DNA of 64,000 bases, taken from NCBI GenBank assembly GCA_032718475.1, contig JAUCBJ010008167.1:1-64000 (forward strand), in the 5' to 3' direction. The DNA is from Nemertoderma westbladi. Taxonomy: Eukaryota; Animalia; Xenacoelomorpha. Under the pieces are notes generated by a model that saw only the letters and a list, made by a program, of their open reading frames with translations, ran no database searches and was not told the origin of the DNA. The translations under genes and the position numbers were made by a program. Shown in pieces: positions 31,815 through 44,411 of the stretch; position 1 is the stretch's first letter; every line of letters begins with the position of its first letter.

Positions 31815-33675
31815 TATAGAATTATATTCTCATAAATGCCGTGGATTTTCAAAATTTTATTTTGTTCGAATTAATTTGCTATAAAGATTACATTAAGTCC
31901 TCATTTGCATTTACCATATCTATTTGTATAACATTGTTCAAGTGGTTCAGTAGCTCAGTCGGTTAAGCGTTGGAAATTCGTGTAGTAGGTATCGAGTTCG
32001 AATCCTAGTAAGTGTGAATTATTTTTTGTGCTAAGTTTCAACTCATTTAAATTAACCGCTACGAATTAAATTACATTTGCTCAAGGTAGATTAACCAATA
32101 AGATTGCAGTTATTAGATAGTAACCAATGTCGTGCAAGATACGCAAGATCGCTGGACCAATGATTATCTTTAAAACCCTAGTAGAACTCATAGAACAATC
32201 TAGATTTATCTCGATTGATTGCAGCACAAATTTGCTATAAAAGGTGCGATTTGTTCATTAGTTATCACTTAATCTCAATCACTATTTCACTCTTGTTACA
32301 TTTATTGTATATTAGTTATTGTTTAATTTGTAATAAAGTTAGAAATATTTATACGTCTGTTTTTTACTATGTTTCACACGGTGAACCCAACTGAAGGACA
32401 GATGGCAGGCTAAACATCGGACAGCGGCAATAGACGGGAACATCGGAGGAATGTAGAAGGAGACAACCCGCAATACCCATTCTTAAGTTATTCGCCCATC
32501 GCCTGAAAGGTTAGACAGCGTTCGATGCCTTGCTACCTAAGTGTAAGACCTAAGATCGAAGGTAGAGGTAGTGACACGCTGTGCGCTAAAAATTACATCT
32601 AGGGACTGTACTGTCTTAATTCAGAGAAACCCGCAGTGGACCTTCACATTCCTACGGGGGGAGCGCAGGCAGAACGATACTAGTACACAGATACAGTAGG
32701 ACGCAGGCACACCAGTACAAGGCATACACATTGTAGGGTGCAGCAAGCTGTACGCCTAACTCTTGCTAAGTATAGGTGTGTCGGGGACTGTTTGTAGTAC
32801 AACGGTGTCCATTTGCGTTAGAACTTGTAGGACAGGAAGGGTTACTGTTTTTACCTGAAATAGGATTGCACCGTTCAGGCGGTAGGGTAGTTTATTACTA
32901 GGCGCAAATAAATTGAGGCTATTAGGGATACTAACATCTACCGTGTCCCCGCCGACATTCTGATAGGAAGTTGCCGTGCCCACCTAGGCAACCAAAATTC
33001 TAGATAAGAACGCCAGGCTAGCTATTTTGTAACTGTACGCCTACTGTAGTAAACTAACACATTTCTTCTTAGTATTAGGGACCTGGTAAATTAAATTGCC
33101 GAATTCTGGGCGTAGTATTAACCTTATGCCTGAATTTGAGTCCTGGAAATACACAAAAAGGGGAAGGAGCCTTATCATTCGTGAGTATTGGACCTACAAG
33201 CTATAAAATTAGAATATTTGTAAAATGTACACCGGACCCAGTAATTATATATGTGAAGGATCAAAACTGATTTCGACTGTTAGAATCAAGACACACACGC
33301 GTTAGAAATTATTTACACCTCAAAATATATAAAATAATTTTTGTCCGTACTGCACTTTGCCCGCTAGTTAGACATTTCTGCACCTAGCTAGCGTCTCTCT
33401 CGCCCAACCATATAAATCACACCGCGGCAAAGTATACGAGCGCCCTTAGTCCGTCAGTGAGTCAGCCTGATTTTAGGATTCGCTGCGCGGGATTTTGTTT
33501 TATCGAAGTTTGTCCGTTCGTAGACTGTTTTCTGCCTCACCGGTGATAAGAGACTAATACTGCAATAGTTTTGCTCACTTAGAGTTTACTGTTTTGGTGA
33601 GAAGGCCGGATTTATGATTTGATTCACAGACTTTACAGTAGGATATTGCAGGTATTAGGTACGTCTCTTCCAACA
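31815..33675 (+). mobile_element. Solo LTR of an element-B-related subfamily (opposite orientation)
   Basis: Diverged reverse-complement homolog of the B LTRs; starts TATAGAATT, ends CTTCCAACA; flanked by TSD TCTGC (31810-31814 and 33676-33680). Confidence 0.93.
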
Positions 33676-33757
33676 TCTGCATTGCAGTCAGCATGTTTCC
33701 CTAATAATATCAGGCCTACAACAGTACATCCTCTCCCCCTTTGGATTAAACATACAC

Positions 33758-34017
33758 AATAATAATAATAATAATTGGTTATTTATATAGCACTTTTCCA
33801 CTGCTCGGCATACTCAAAGCGCTTTTATTATCATTACCCCATCAAAGCCAGGTTCCCATTATACCGCTGGGTTGGCATAGGCAATAATGTCTAAAGTGTC
33901 TTGCCTAGGGACACAACAGTGAAAAATTTGTACAGCCTCTAGTCGGATTCGAACCTGCGCCACCAAACACTATTGTGTAAGCAGTTCAGGCGCCATATCC
34001 ACTCGGACACTGCGACA
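33758..34017 (-). mobile_element. tRNA-derived SINE with (ATT)n tail
   Basis: Head GTCGCAGTGTCCGAGTGG...GGTTCGAATCC, CORE-like GTGTCCCTAGGCAAGACACTT, L2-like tail; near-identical to 61665..61952. Confidence 0.85.
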
Positions 34018-34880
34018 TCCATTCTGTGATACCGGTGAGTACCCTGTCCAAAAACCCGTTTAATTGATTATTATTATTATTACTTATTGATTTCTATCTA
34101 TCCCCTCTCTCTCTAAACTACGTTTAATGCACCTCACCACTACAGGTGTCGCCACCTCTGAGAAACTCTTGGCCAGTGGAAAATAGACCGTGGTCAGACC
34201 AAAGTGCGGTCCAAAAAAAGACCAAAGTGTCGACCTACCTTCATACCAAAATATTTTGCAGAATCTGATTGAAATTTAAAAAATTAGGGGGGGGGGGGGG
34301 GGCTCCGATTTTCTAAAAATGGTTGTTGTATTAGGGGAGATGGTGTACAATTTTAGATTATATATTTTGTTAGAAATGTTGTTAAAAAATAGCGTTGCAC
34401 CTGCTGCTTTTAGGTAGTACCAATAATTGCCTTAGCGATTAAAATGAGAATAATATAATAAATAATATAATATATTATTAATTTTTCTTTAACTTTCAAT
34501 ATTAATATCATTGTAGATATATATTGTTCTAATCACCTCAAATTTTTCAGCTTATTTTACTCTAGAAGGTCGAATTTCAGTTATGACGTATTACCTAATT
34601 TTACAGTGAGTAATAATACTGAAAAGATATAGTAACTATTGAACTAAAATACCGGTACAATATTAAGAGAATGATGGAATGCCTGTCGTATTGAGAATAA
34701 TTGATCATTGAGTGACAGGTGGCAACACTAAACACCCCTGAAATATGTTGATAAAATTAAAATAATTGAATAACCGTTTTATCTATCTACAATGTTCATA
34801 TAAATTGAGGGAAATTTATATGATTCAAGAGAAGGAGCAAAGTATAGTATTTAAGAAACAAGTGCAGTGTGACAATGCCA

Positions 34881-35549
34881 TATATGCTTTATATGGTATT
34901 GTTTATGTCTCTAAGAAGAGCAACAGCAACAGCATTAACATGCGCTAATATTTCCACTGTAACATCGTGCAAAGCGGGTTTCACTTTTCAGTACACATCA
35001 GATAATGAAGAAGTCCAAGATTATTATCAAGACAGGGCCTTGGATTTGATAATGGCGAACTGGGGTGAAGCTGAAGGTGGAGGTGTCATGGAAACATACA
35101 CAAAATACAACTGCACCTGCTGCTATGTTTTATTCATCCGATTTTCTGGGTTTACCTCTGATGGAGATGAAGTCAAGATGGAGTGGGAAGATTACGGTTG
35201 CAGAGCTCCGACAGATCTTTGCTGGGACTTAGCTCCTGAGCAATGTGTTCATCTCATGGGTGAATTCGGTCTAGAGAATGCCGGCCAATCAGCGGTGCCA
35301 AATTTGGAATTGCTGCTCAACATATTAAGGTTCCTAAAGTACGGTCTAACAGTCACCTATTCCACTTGCAAAACCAAATGTTGTGATTCCACATGTTCTC
35401 CACTTGTATGGGAGTGGCCTACCGAAGCTCCAACTACCACTATGAGCACAACAACAGCCTATAGCAACGGTTACGGGACTGCCAAGGCTGTGCCTATTCT
35501 GTTCTACTTCTTTGTCTGTTTCTGGTCTGTGGTGATGGAGTCCCTTTGA
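34881..35549 (+). CDS. Intronless Cys-rich, probably secreted or GPI-anchored protein (Ly6/three-finger-like architecture)
   Basis: Hydrophobic N-terminus then LTC, about 13 Cys including CC-x3-C near the end, Thr-rich stalk, SNG followed by a hydrophobic C-terminal tail. Start codon uncertain. Confidence 0.6.
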   Translation, partial: YMLYMVLFMSLRRATATALTCANISTVTSCKAGFTFQYTSDNEEVQDYYQDRALDLIMANWGEAEGGGVMETYTKYNCTCCYVLFIRFSGFTSDGDEVKMEWEDYGCRAPTDLCWDLAPEQCVHLMGEFGLENAGQSAVPNLELLLNILRFLKYGLTVTYSTCKTKCCDSTCSPLVWEWPTEAPTTTMSTTTAYSNGYGTAKAVPILFYFFVCFWSVVMESL

Positions 35550-35832
35550 TCCTTTGAACTTACCTGCATAGTACAAAAAACATAAACAACAAACTTTATC
35601 TTCTATAATGGAAATTTTTAGAATTATTATGAGCGAAATACTTATGTGATACTGGTTGAGTATCATATCAACAACTATACAACAACAACCTCTACCAACG
35701 GTTCCAGAACCGCCATGGCTGTACCATATTATTTTGTTCTATTCCTTCGTCTGCGTTCATTGTTTGGTGAAAGAGTCCGTTTGAACTACATCCGTGTAAC
35801 TATTTCAAAAACAAATTATTTATTTTATTTAT

Positions 35833-36975
35833 TAAACCCCTTCAATATGACCCCCGTGGTTATTCTGTGTTATAACTCTGAAACAAACGCAGCTGGGAAT
35901 CTGAAATTTTACAACATTTCCTAAAAATCCATTGCCTTCCTAATATTTAAAACGGTTTTTAAGAATATTAGGAAGTTTTCTAGTTATAGTACCATTTTTA
36001 AACCCTTCTTTTGGGACTTTGTTTCAGACGTGTTTTGAAAATGACATTTCATGAAATATGATTTATAACCTATTTCCTAATCTATCAAATATATATCACT
36101 TGATTGTGTCTTCATGTTACTTGCTTTACACGGGTTTGAAAGGGTTCTTAATTCAATGGAATAAGTGAAAAGCAACCATTCGGACATGAGCAAGACTAAA
36201 AAAATAAAAAATTGTAAAAATTGTTTGTTTACGGCAATTTTTGTAAACAATGCCCGGTTTATTTTACTAAAAACTCGAAATTTCAACAACTGTTTTCTTA
36301 ATAACTTCTTAAAGAACCCAACCAAGCATAGGCCAATCGTTGTTGTGAACATTTCCTGAAAATTTCATGAGATGTCATTCAGTAGTTCCTCAGAAAAACG
36401 TACCTTTGTGTCTAAAAAATACAAAAAATACTTTTCGGGAAATGACATTCAAAGTTTTCAAAAGCTTCCCGCCATTTTTTTTATAAAACGAGGGATTCAT
36501 TCAAACTGGTTTGCATAAAAATTCCGATATAGGGAAGTTTTCCTGGTCGATGATTTCATTTCTGTTTTTTAGTTTGACCAAATCTAGATCTGTCAGTTAC
36601 GACAGACTTTTCAGACAGACCGACCGACAGACATTTCGGCACCTAAGGCTTGTCCTATACCTATAAAAACCCGATTTATGTAATCTACGAAAAATTTTGA
36701 TCTTAAATAGTCTAAAAAATTTTCAAAAATTGTTCGAATATTGTTGGGGTACCCTACACCCTTGAGCCAGCAGTGCAGTGTCAATGCAGCAGGCCGATTA
36801 TAGTAGTATACGGCTTTAATTCCCTGGTCCAAAATTTGCAACAGAAAAATACGAGTAGAGCAATAATCTAGAAAATTGAATACAATTTGAACAATTTTGG
36901 GGGGGGGGGGGTCAATATGACCCCTTTCCTGTATTTTGTACAACATTTTATAGCCCGGTATTATAATAAGGTTTT
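35833..36975. mobile_element. Degenerate non-autonomous DNA transposon related to 53927..55347
   Basis: Shares tcaatatgacccc, ctgaaacaaac.cag.tgggaatctgaaatttta and the terminal ttgtacaacattttatagcccggta with the 53927 copy. Confidence 0.7.
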
Positions 36976-39811
36976 AAATATTATAAATTCACTTACCACA
37001 TAAATTTTTCTCAAATTTATTTAATATTGTCGAATTTGAATAAGTTTTATGAGCAGTTCAATGAACATTTGCATAATCACACTTTATGATGATTTGCGGG
37101 TTTGGCTTTCAATAGTATGCAGTTCAATGTTTCTGTCGGATCATTTTTTGTGTTGAACGTTGCCCTGTTTACATGTTTAGGTGATGGGTTAGTGCACTGT
37201 TTGTGATTGAGATAGGAAAAGCAAATAATAAATATTATAATCTGAATTGGTAATATCACATTTGAGGCAAAGTGTTAAGAAATTTTTTTGTCAAATTAAG
37301 TAAAGTATTTTTCTAGAAAAGAGTGTTTTTTCATGTGCTGCGCGAAGGGCACATCGTCGTCTGCTGCAGTAAAATTTACACCACATTAAATTTACGACCT
37401 GGGGTGTCTCTCTGTAGATTTTCCGGCAAATTGAACGAAAATTGAGGAAATGGTGCACATTTAAAAACAGGCAAAAATGGACTTTTCGAGAAAAAATATT
37501 GAAAGATGATTTTCAATCGTGCTGCTCGAAGCGGAAAATCACTGTAATTTTTTTTTCTATGAAGTGACACATACACATAGGTCAGAGAGTGTATGTGTTA
37601 AATTTAAGACAAATTGGTCACAAAATGGCCACAGGGGGAAATGTGTTTGTCACTGTACCTCAAATGTGATAGAACCTCTGTATTGCTTCATAGTTGAATC
37701 AAAATAAATAAATTTTATTCTTAAATTGTCTTTAAATCTTTTTCGCTCGAATATCAGGAGAGTAAGGAATACTTGTTTGTTTCCCTACGGAACAAAAAGT
37801 GTCCCATAGGATTACTAATAACAAACTTCGATCGAATAATGATAGGCAATGGAAAAATAGGCATGGCGTATGCTAAGCTCGCAAACTATTCACTCTGCTG
37901 TAGGGGCTTCCCTCGCTCTTCCAATCCAGTTTATGGCTTTAGCGTGGGATTCCTTCGCCATATCATTCCAGCCAGGTATTGAATGAGGATTATTGGAACC
38001 TTGTCCATATACTGGGTTGGTATGATTAGCTGATTCAGAAATGGCGTTTGTTGTCACGGTAGCCGGCTGGGTCTTATAGTGTTCTGGCAGCCGGGTACCA
38101 AGCGGGGTGGTACAGTTCTACTGAGATAGGAGTCTGTATTTTCTGGTGATGTAGGTGACGCGTGAGACCTGGACGTTATTGGGGAAAACTAGCTTCTTGT
38201 CTTGGCTTCAATAATATAATATAACATCATAGGTAGTAAAAGTTACCAGTAAAAGCACAAGGTCTGAGCCCGGTGTGATTGCACAAAGATCTCTGGGGCA
38301 ATGATGAAACACTGTCAGTAATACAACTACCGTAAAAAACTAAACCAGCCTCTCAGCATATGAGATGCCTGAACACTGAAGTATAAATTCTGGTTGAAAA
38401 ACATGTTGGCCCAATGGCATATGGAGTCGGGGCGCATCTGGCCCCGACTCTTTGCCTGAAAGGCGAAGCCACGAGAAACGAATTTCCCAACTCTAGCATG
38501 GGAAACCAAAAGCCCATTACTCACTGTGGGACGATCCGAATCGAAATCTATGGTGTAAGTGAATGCGTTCAGATGAGCGAGTACGGTATGAAGGAGACAC
38601 TTTCACGCGCCGAAAAGCACATCATTCGAAAGCTACGGACGCGAAAAGTTGGTTTGCACCAAAAATTTTTGAATTTCGTCCAAGCGTTCTCGAGTTATAA
38701 GCGTAAACGCGACCGCGTGGGCGTTTTTGGCACCTCTCAAAATAATTTCTAGCCTCGTGATTGGTCAACAAAACATTTTAAGCCTTCCCATTGGTCAACA
38801 AAATTTTTGAGCTCTAAATAACATCTGGTATTCCACTCAACTCGAGTGAGAGTAGGTCGTATTATTTGCACAAGACAAACAAAGTATGTCTGACATAGAC
38901 AGAGTAAGCCATAGAACAATAATCACACCATCTGGTTTGGCAACTAAATACCATTGTTCCTACCTAGCGCATAGCCCAGCATTAGTTGAATGGTCACAAC
39001 TTTCACACCATCTGGTATGTCAACTAAAATACATTGAGTCAACCTACTACGTTGTTTATCATTACTTGAATGGGCCCCATAGGAACAATGATAAACGGCA
39101 TTTTTGAAGTCTTAAAATTTCGTAATGGTTCGAAAAGATGTGGATATGTTTTATTTTTTCAAAAGCCGTTTGAAAGTGAAAGTTTCTTTGTTACGCAGTG
39201 TACGAAATGTGCCGACCGTTTCACAATACTACATATTTTCAAATAAATTCAAATTAAATAATTTTGGCAATTTAATAATTTATTTACGAATTTAAATGAC
39301 TACATGTAAAAAATAATTCCATTCACGAAGCGGAATAGAAGAGTGGTTAGCGAGCTGGCATTCAACCTACGAGTTAGCAGTTCGATCCCAGATGACGGCA
39401 ATGTTGATGAATGAAAGTGAAATATAGTAATAAAAGAAAGCCGAATTGCGCCGATGTTTTTTGAAACGCAACTTTTTTTTGAAAAGTCGTATGAATGTGA
39501 AAATAGGCGTGTTGCGTAGAGCGTGAAAAATTACGTTAGTTTGAATTTTACAAAATTTCATTTCAACCAGCAGTTCAAAAGTTATATCCAAAAGAAACAT
39601 CATGCCAAACATGGCATTACCAAAAACGCTCATCCCTTTTCAAAAGTACTGTAAATGTGCCGGTTGCGTAGAGTGCCAAAGGTTACGTTTGTTTCTATTT
39701 TTCATAATGAAATTTAAGATAACTTTTCAAAACTTTTAACCAAAACAACAAACCGAATGCGATAAAATTTCACCAACTTATATACGCTCTTACTTGAAAA
39801 TTTTTCCAATG

Positions 39812-40227
39812 TTATGTAGGGGAGGCATAGTTTGACCCCCCCATTCTAAACGGTAATCTACGATGCTGAACGATACTCTACCGTTAGTAGCCTGCCTTAG
39901 GACGGTCTGCTTTAGTGAAGCCTTAGGACGGTCTGCTTTAGTGAAGCCAAACTTCCCGATGCCTTCTAAGGTTTGATCCCAACTGCCACGGTGTTTAAAC
40001 GGTATGCTGTTCTACTATGCCGATGAGTATAAGCTTTGCTCTAGATTCCCAACGCCTCATACCGATCATTTGCTTGCAAGGTAGGTAAATTTTATCGGTA
40101 AAAACCGTTAGCCATCCTATAATACCGATCAGAAATGCTTGGTGTACCGTTTAACTTGAAGCAATTACCGTTAACCACTGTAGGGTACCGTTTAGAATAG
40201 ATGACAGATCACCCCTACCCTACATAA
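39812..40227. mobile_element. MITE-like element with imperfect TIRs
   Basis: ttatgtaggg...attctaaacggta versus taccgtttagaat...ccctacataa; internal 26-bp tandem duplication at ~39894-39948. Confidence 0.5.
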
Positions 40228-43155
40228 TACTCAATGCAAACATAGACATGGTATTTTTTTAAAAATACCTTTTTTGAAGTTTTTTTTTCTGACCAAAAAT
40301 TAAAAAAAAAATTTTTTTGTAGCCAGTACTGCCAATCGATTCGTCATCAAAAATAACGCAAAAAATTTTTTTTTTCAAAATTTTAAGTTACTGTAAATTT
40401 TTGGCGACTGGGGGGGGTAAATTTTTTTCAATCCGCTATAACTCCGGAACGGTTGGTCCAAATTCGATGGGGTTTTCAATTTTCAACTCAATTCGATGTC
40501 CTCTATCCGACTGTCCATGTTTCAAAACACCAAACATCGCCGTTCAAAAAATAATTTTTTTCAGTTCTAGAATTTTATCAATTTCAAAAAAGTTGCAATA
40601 TTTTATTAACGCCTTTACGTAATTTGATGGGGTTTTCGATTTTTATACTAAACGCAATGTCCTGAATCGCAATAGGCTATTTTCGAGTCACCAATGCTAA
40701 GACGTCATACTTTTTGAGAAATTTTTTTCTAGAATAATATGTGTTTATTTACATTTATTGCGGTTTCTTATTACTGGGCGCACATAAATTGATGGAGTTT
40801 TCAATTTATTAACTAAACTCGATATCGCGCATCCAACTAGCATGGTTTCGAAATTCCAAAATAAATTCTTCAATATTTGCAGGTCGATTTTGTTCTAGAA
40901 TTAAGCAATTATTAAAAGATCGCATTTCTTAGTAATAATTGCATGCGATATTAGTGTACTTTTATATGATAAGATATATACATCGAAGCACAATATATAA
41001 AACTGTAAAATGAATGTTTAATCATGAACCACTTTTATTATTTATTAAACAGAAGGACAAATAATTTCTGCCTAAAACAATGGTGGTTCGTGCTGCGTAG
41101 CAGCACGAACCACCCCCCAAAGTGAAGTATTTGAAACAAATTAAATTTTATTTTCGTTAAGTTGGGTGGGTGGGTGGCATATTACATTTTATTTTATTTA
41201 AACATCCGATATTTGCTCTTTATGTTATTGTTTGTATAAAACAACTCACAGCTACTGTAATATCATAAATAGAGGTTGGGCATTGTATACTATTTGCTTT
41301 CGCTAAGGTATATGGTAGCATGAATGTTCTATAATATATAATACAGCAATCGAACTGTTTACATAAAATGGATGACATTTTAAGGGGTGTGATAACAGGG
41401 CTGGACTGTACTTTTATGTTATTATCCCTTTTCATCAATGTGTTGAACTGTAGTACATTTTCTTCTGTTTGGAGAATCAAACAACAAGCTGCATCATAAT
41501 TATAATATTGCATTCTATAAGTGTGGGGTGCAGTTCAATGACAGGAATAATATTCTTCAGAATTAAATACATCATTAGCAGGCTTGTGTGAATTACTTAC
41601 TGTGTTAGTTTAATATGTGAAATCGCCACATAGACAACAGATGGTGAACTATGTAAATAATAGCATGGCTATCAATATTTATGAGGCCTTAAATTATAAT
41701 TGCAAATAATTTGTAGTTGTTTCAGCTGTTTGATTTTTAGCGCAGCTGAATGTTTCTGGGCCTTTATAATCGTGACATGTAGAGTTGGTATATATGGGAA
41801 ATAATATAAAAGTCTAATTGTAAAATCTGTCGCAGTAATGTTCTGAATTCTGATGCAGATTTCTGCTTCTACATATTACAATAAAGTAAAAACTACATCT
41901 TTCTTCAGCTTGAGCTTGAGAACTTTCTAAGACCAACTAACCCACATTGATGCCGCCATTGGGTCTACAACTAGTTACATTAGCACAACCTACAGTTAGA
42001 AGGAGAGAGAAGGCTAATAGGTTTTATCCTGACCAATCGGTGTCAGGATAGTGCTTTGCTATTGGCTGCGGCCTGTGGATTAATCAGTTTATTGTTTAAT
42101 CGGTTTGTTTAATCGGTTTAATTAATCTCTCTCTCACTCTCCATCTATTGTCGGCTGCATAATATTAGGATGTTGTGTCGCCATGTACAGTAGGTATGTA
42201 ATTACAATGCACTGGGCCCATCTGAAGAATACCAGAATTTCTGTCGTTATATTTCACTTGGCAGTTACCCCCATGTGAGAAATACCAGGTTTTCACCAAA
42301 AACACAGGTTACAGAAAGGCTGAATCTAATCAAAACAATAAACGAATTAGTATATGTACAGGTTATAAGACAGAAATAAGCGATATAAAACACTTAATAA
42401 AGATAAATGAAAAAAAATAAAAATCTTCATATATAAAATTTCAATCAAAAGTCGACCGAAAAGTGAAATCCTGTTATATTTCACATGGGCGATGCTCTGT
42501 ACCAATAAATATACTAAACACAATAAATAGTCCTACACTAATAAATGTAGTAGATTGCGCGGTCAGGTGACTTCCAATTTGGTTCTATTGGCAAGGCTCC
42601 CTCCTTGTAAGCTTGAACTTTGTAGCTTACAAGCTGGGGTGTTAATCGTTTCCCATTTTTGGCTAATAACTGTTTAAGGTGACATTGATTTTCTGGATGG
42701 TGGAGTGCTCTCAGGGCTCGCTCCCGTAACACCCACCCCCCCCCCCCCCCCCCCCCCCTATACAATATTTCAGGGAACCTGGAATTTCTATCTCAAAAAA
42801 TGGTCTTCGTCATCTGGCAAGTGATTGTTTTAATCACTATGAGGACGGTTTCTTTTCTAGAATACGACCTTCCTGGTTCGTATTATTATTATTATTATTA
42901 TCGTTCTCATAGGAACAGAATACTTATGACCGGTAAGAGACGACAGCAAACACAATTGTTGAAATAGTAGAACACAAGCACAAAAAAAGAAAATAGATAA
43001 GTAAACACATGGATATTAATTAATCAAGATCAAGTACTAGATACGTATAGTAAAATATCCTGAATTAAATTTCTACTGGACCCATTTATTTCTAGCCCAA
43101 ACTTTAAGACACCTGATAATTCCCTGCACATAGCTACCCTCGTACTACTACTACT

Positions 43156-44411
43156 TTTTGCTGCAAATGCTAACTGTATACAGAAATGTTATATTTTTAT
43201 CAGATGATCGTTCAATTTCAGTGCATCTAATATTTGTACTTCACGTGTATTGAATAGCCCATAAAGTTGTTTATATATGGCCTAACAACAGTTGTGGTAT
43301 TACTGAACTCTCAATGGTAACTACCGAAGCCGGTATTCTTGGGTCTTATTGGCTGTTCTATTTCACTGAGCCTTGTTTGTACCCTTATATAATCAGTGTC
43401 CACCCTGACACTATAGGCTTAACCTGATGCCATCTTCAGGTACTTTACATCAATTTTATAGCCTAGCAAGTCATGTTAGTTACAACGGCTTGCATTATTT
43501 TACCTTATTACTTGCAATTTGTCACTTGTCATTTGCAATTTAACATCTTATTGCTTATTATTTGCGTTTACTATTATTGCATTACTTGTTAATGAATATA
43601 CTGGACCAGAGATCAAACCAACTCGATTTCCACACGGTGAGTGCATATTGCGCCCTGTCAGTAATAGATTCGGTTCAATTAATGCGAGTGTGTGTGTCTA
43701 TAGTACTGCAATATTATTCCCAACTAGTAAACATCATCTACCAACTATGCAAGTGATACGAGTAAACTGTGCGCTTATCACGCACTAAGCCAATGTAGTG
43801 TCCTACCTGTGATATATATAAGTCATACGTACATTTACTATTACTAGCCAACAACACAATATAATGGAATGGTTTACACGTAACTATCGCGCCCCCTTGA
43901 AGCAGTTTGTAAGTGCTGAGGCTTTATACTTACAGTAACTAATTCTAGATCCCGTTAAGATATATATATTAGATAATATATATATACCCCCACACTTTCG
44001 TGAGTGTTCCTGCTGTGCGGCAGGTATCCCAAGGCATTGATAGCACTCATAAGAACTACATAAAGACTTGCTGTGGCATCTTTACGTTAGCCTCCCATAA
44101 ACGCCTTGACACTACTACTATGATCGGCATGCTGCATTGCAGCTGCATTTTTAAGAATGCTGTGCCGGCTTATCGACAAAATTGCACCACCACAACTCCC
44201 TATCACCCATGACATTTGCTAGATCATCCGCATCTTCAAGGCCAGTGTCCTTTAAGATGCGTCTCTAGAAAGTCATGGGCTGTCCACCATGCTTAGTCAC
44301 TCCATGGGGCTGCCAAAGTACAAGATTATGCACTGGCTGGCCCTCATGGCGAAAGCAATGTCCTGCAAAGCGGAGGCGATTTTGTTCTAGCGTCAAGCTT
44401 GGGGGAACCAA
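43156..44411 (-). mobile_element. RTE-like LINE 3' end (ORF tail plus ~1-kb 3' UTR), direct-repeat copy 1
   Basis: Highly similar to 47994..49252; minus strand encodes RFAGHCFRH..LVLWQPHG. Confidence 0.85.

Noticed and set aside
41083-41114. Strong GC hairpin ggtggttcgtgctgcgtagcagcacgaaccacc as a Helitron 3' end
   Set aside because: No CTRR terminus at the expected distance and no matching 5' end identified.
43519-44212. Short + strand ORFs repeated at 48360-49053
   Set aside because: They are antisense to the LINE 3' UTR and duplicated with it; no coding signature.
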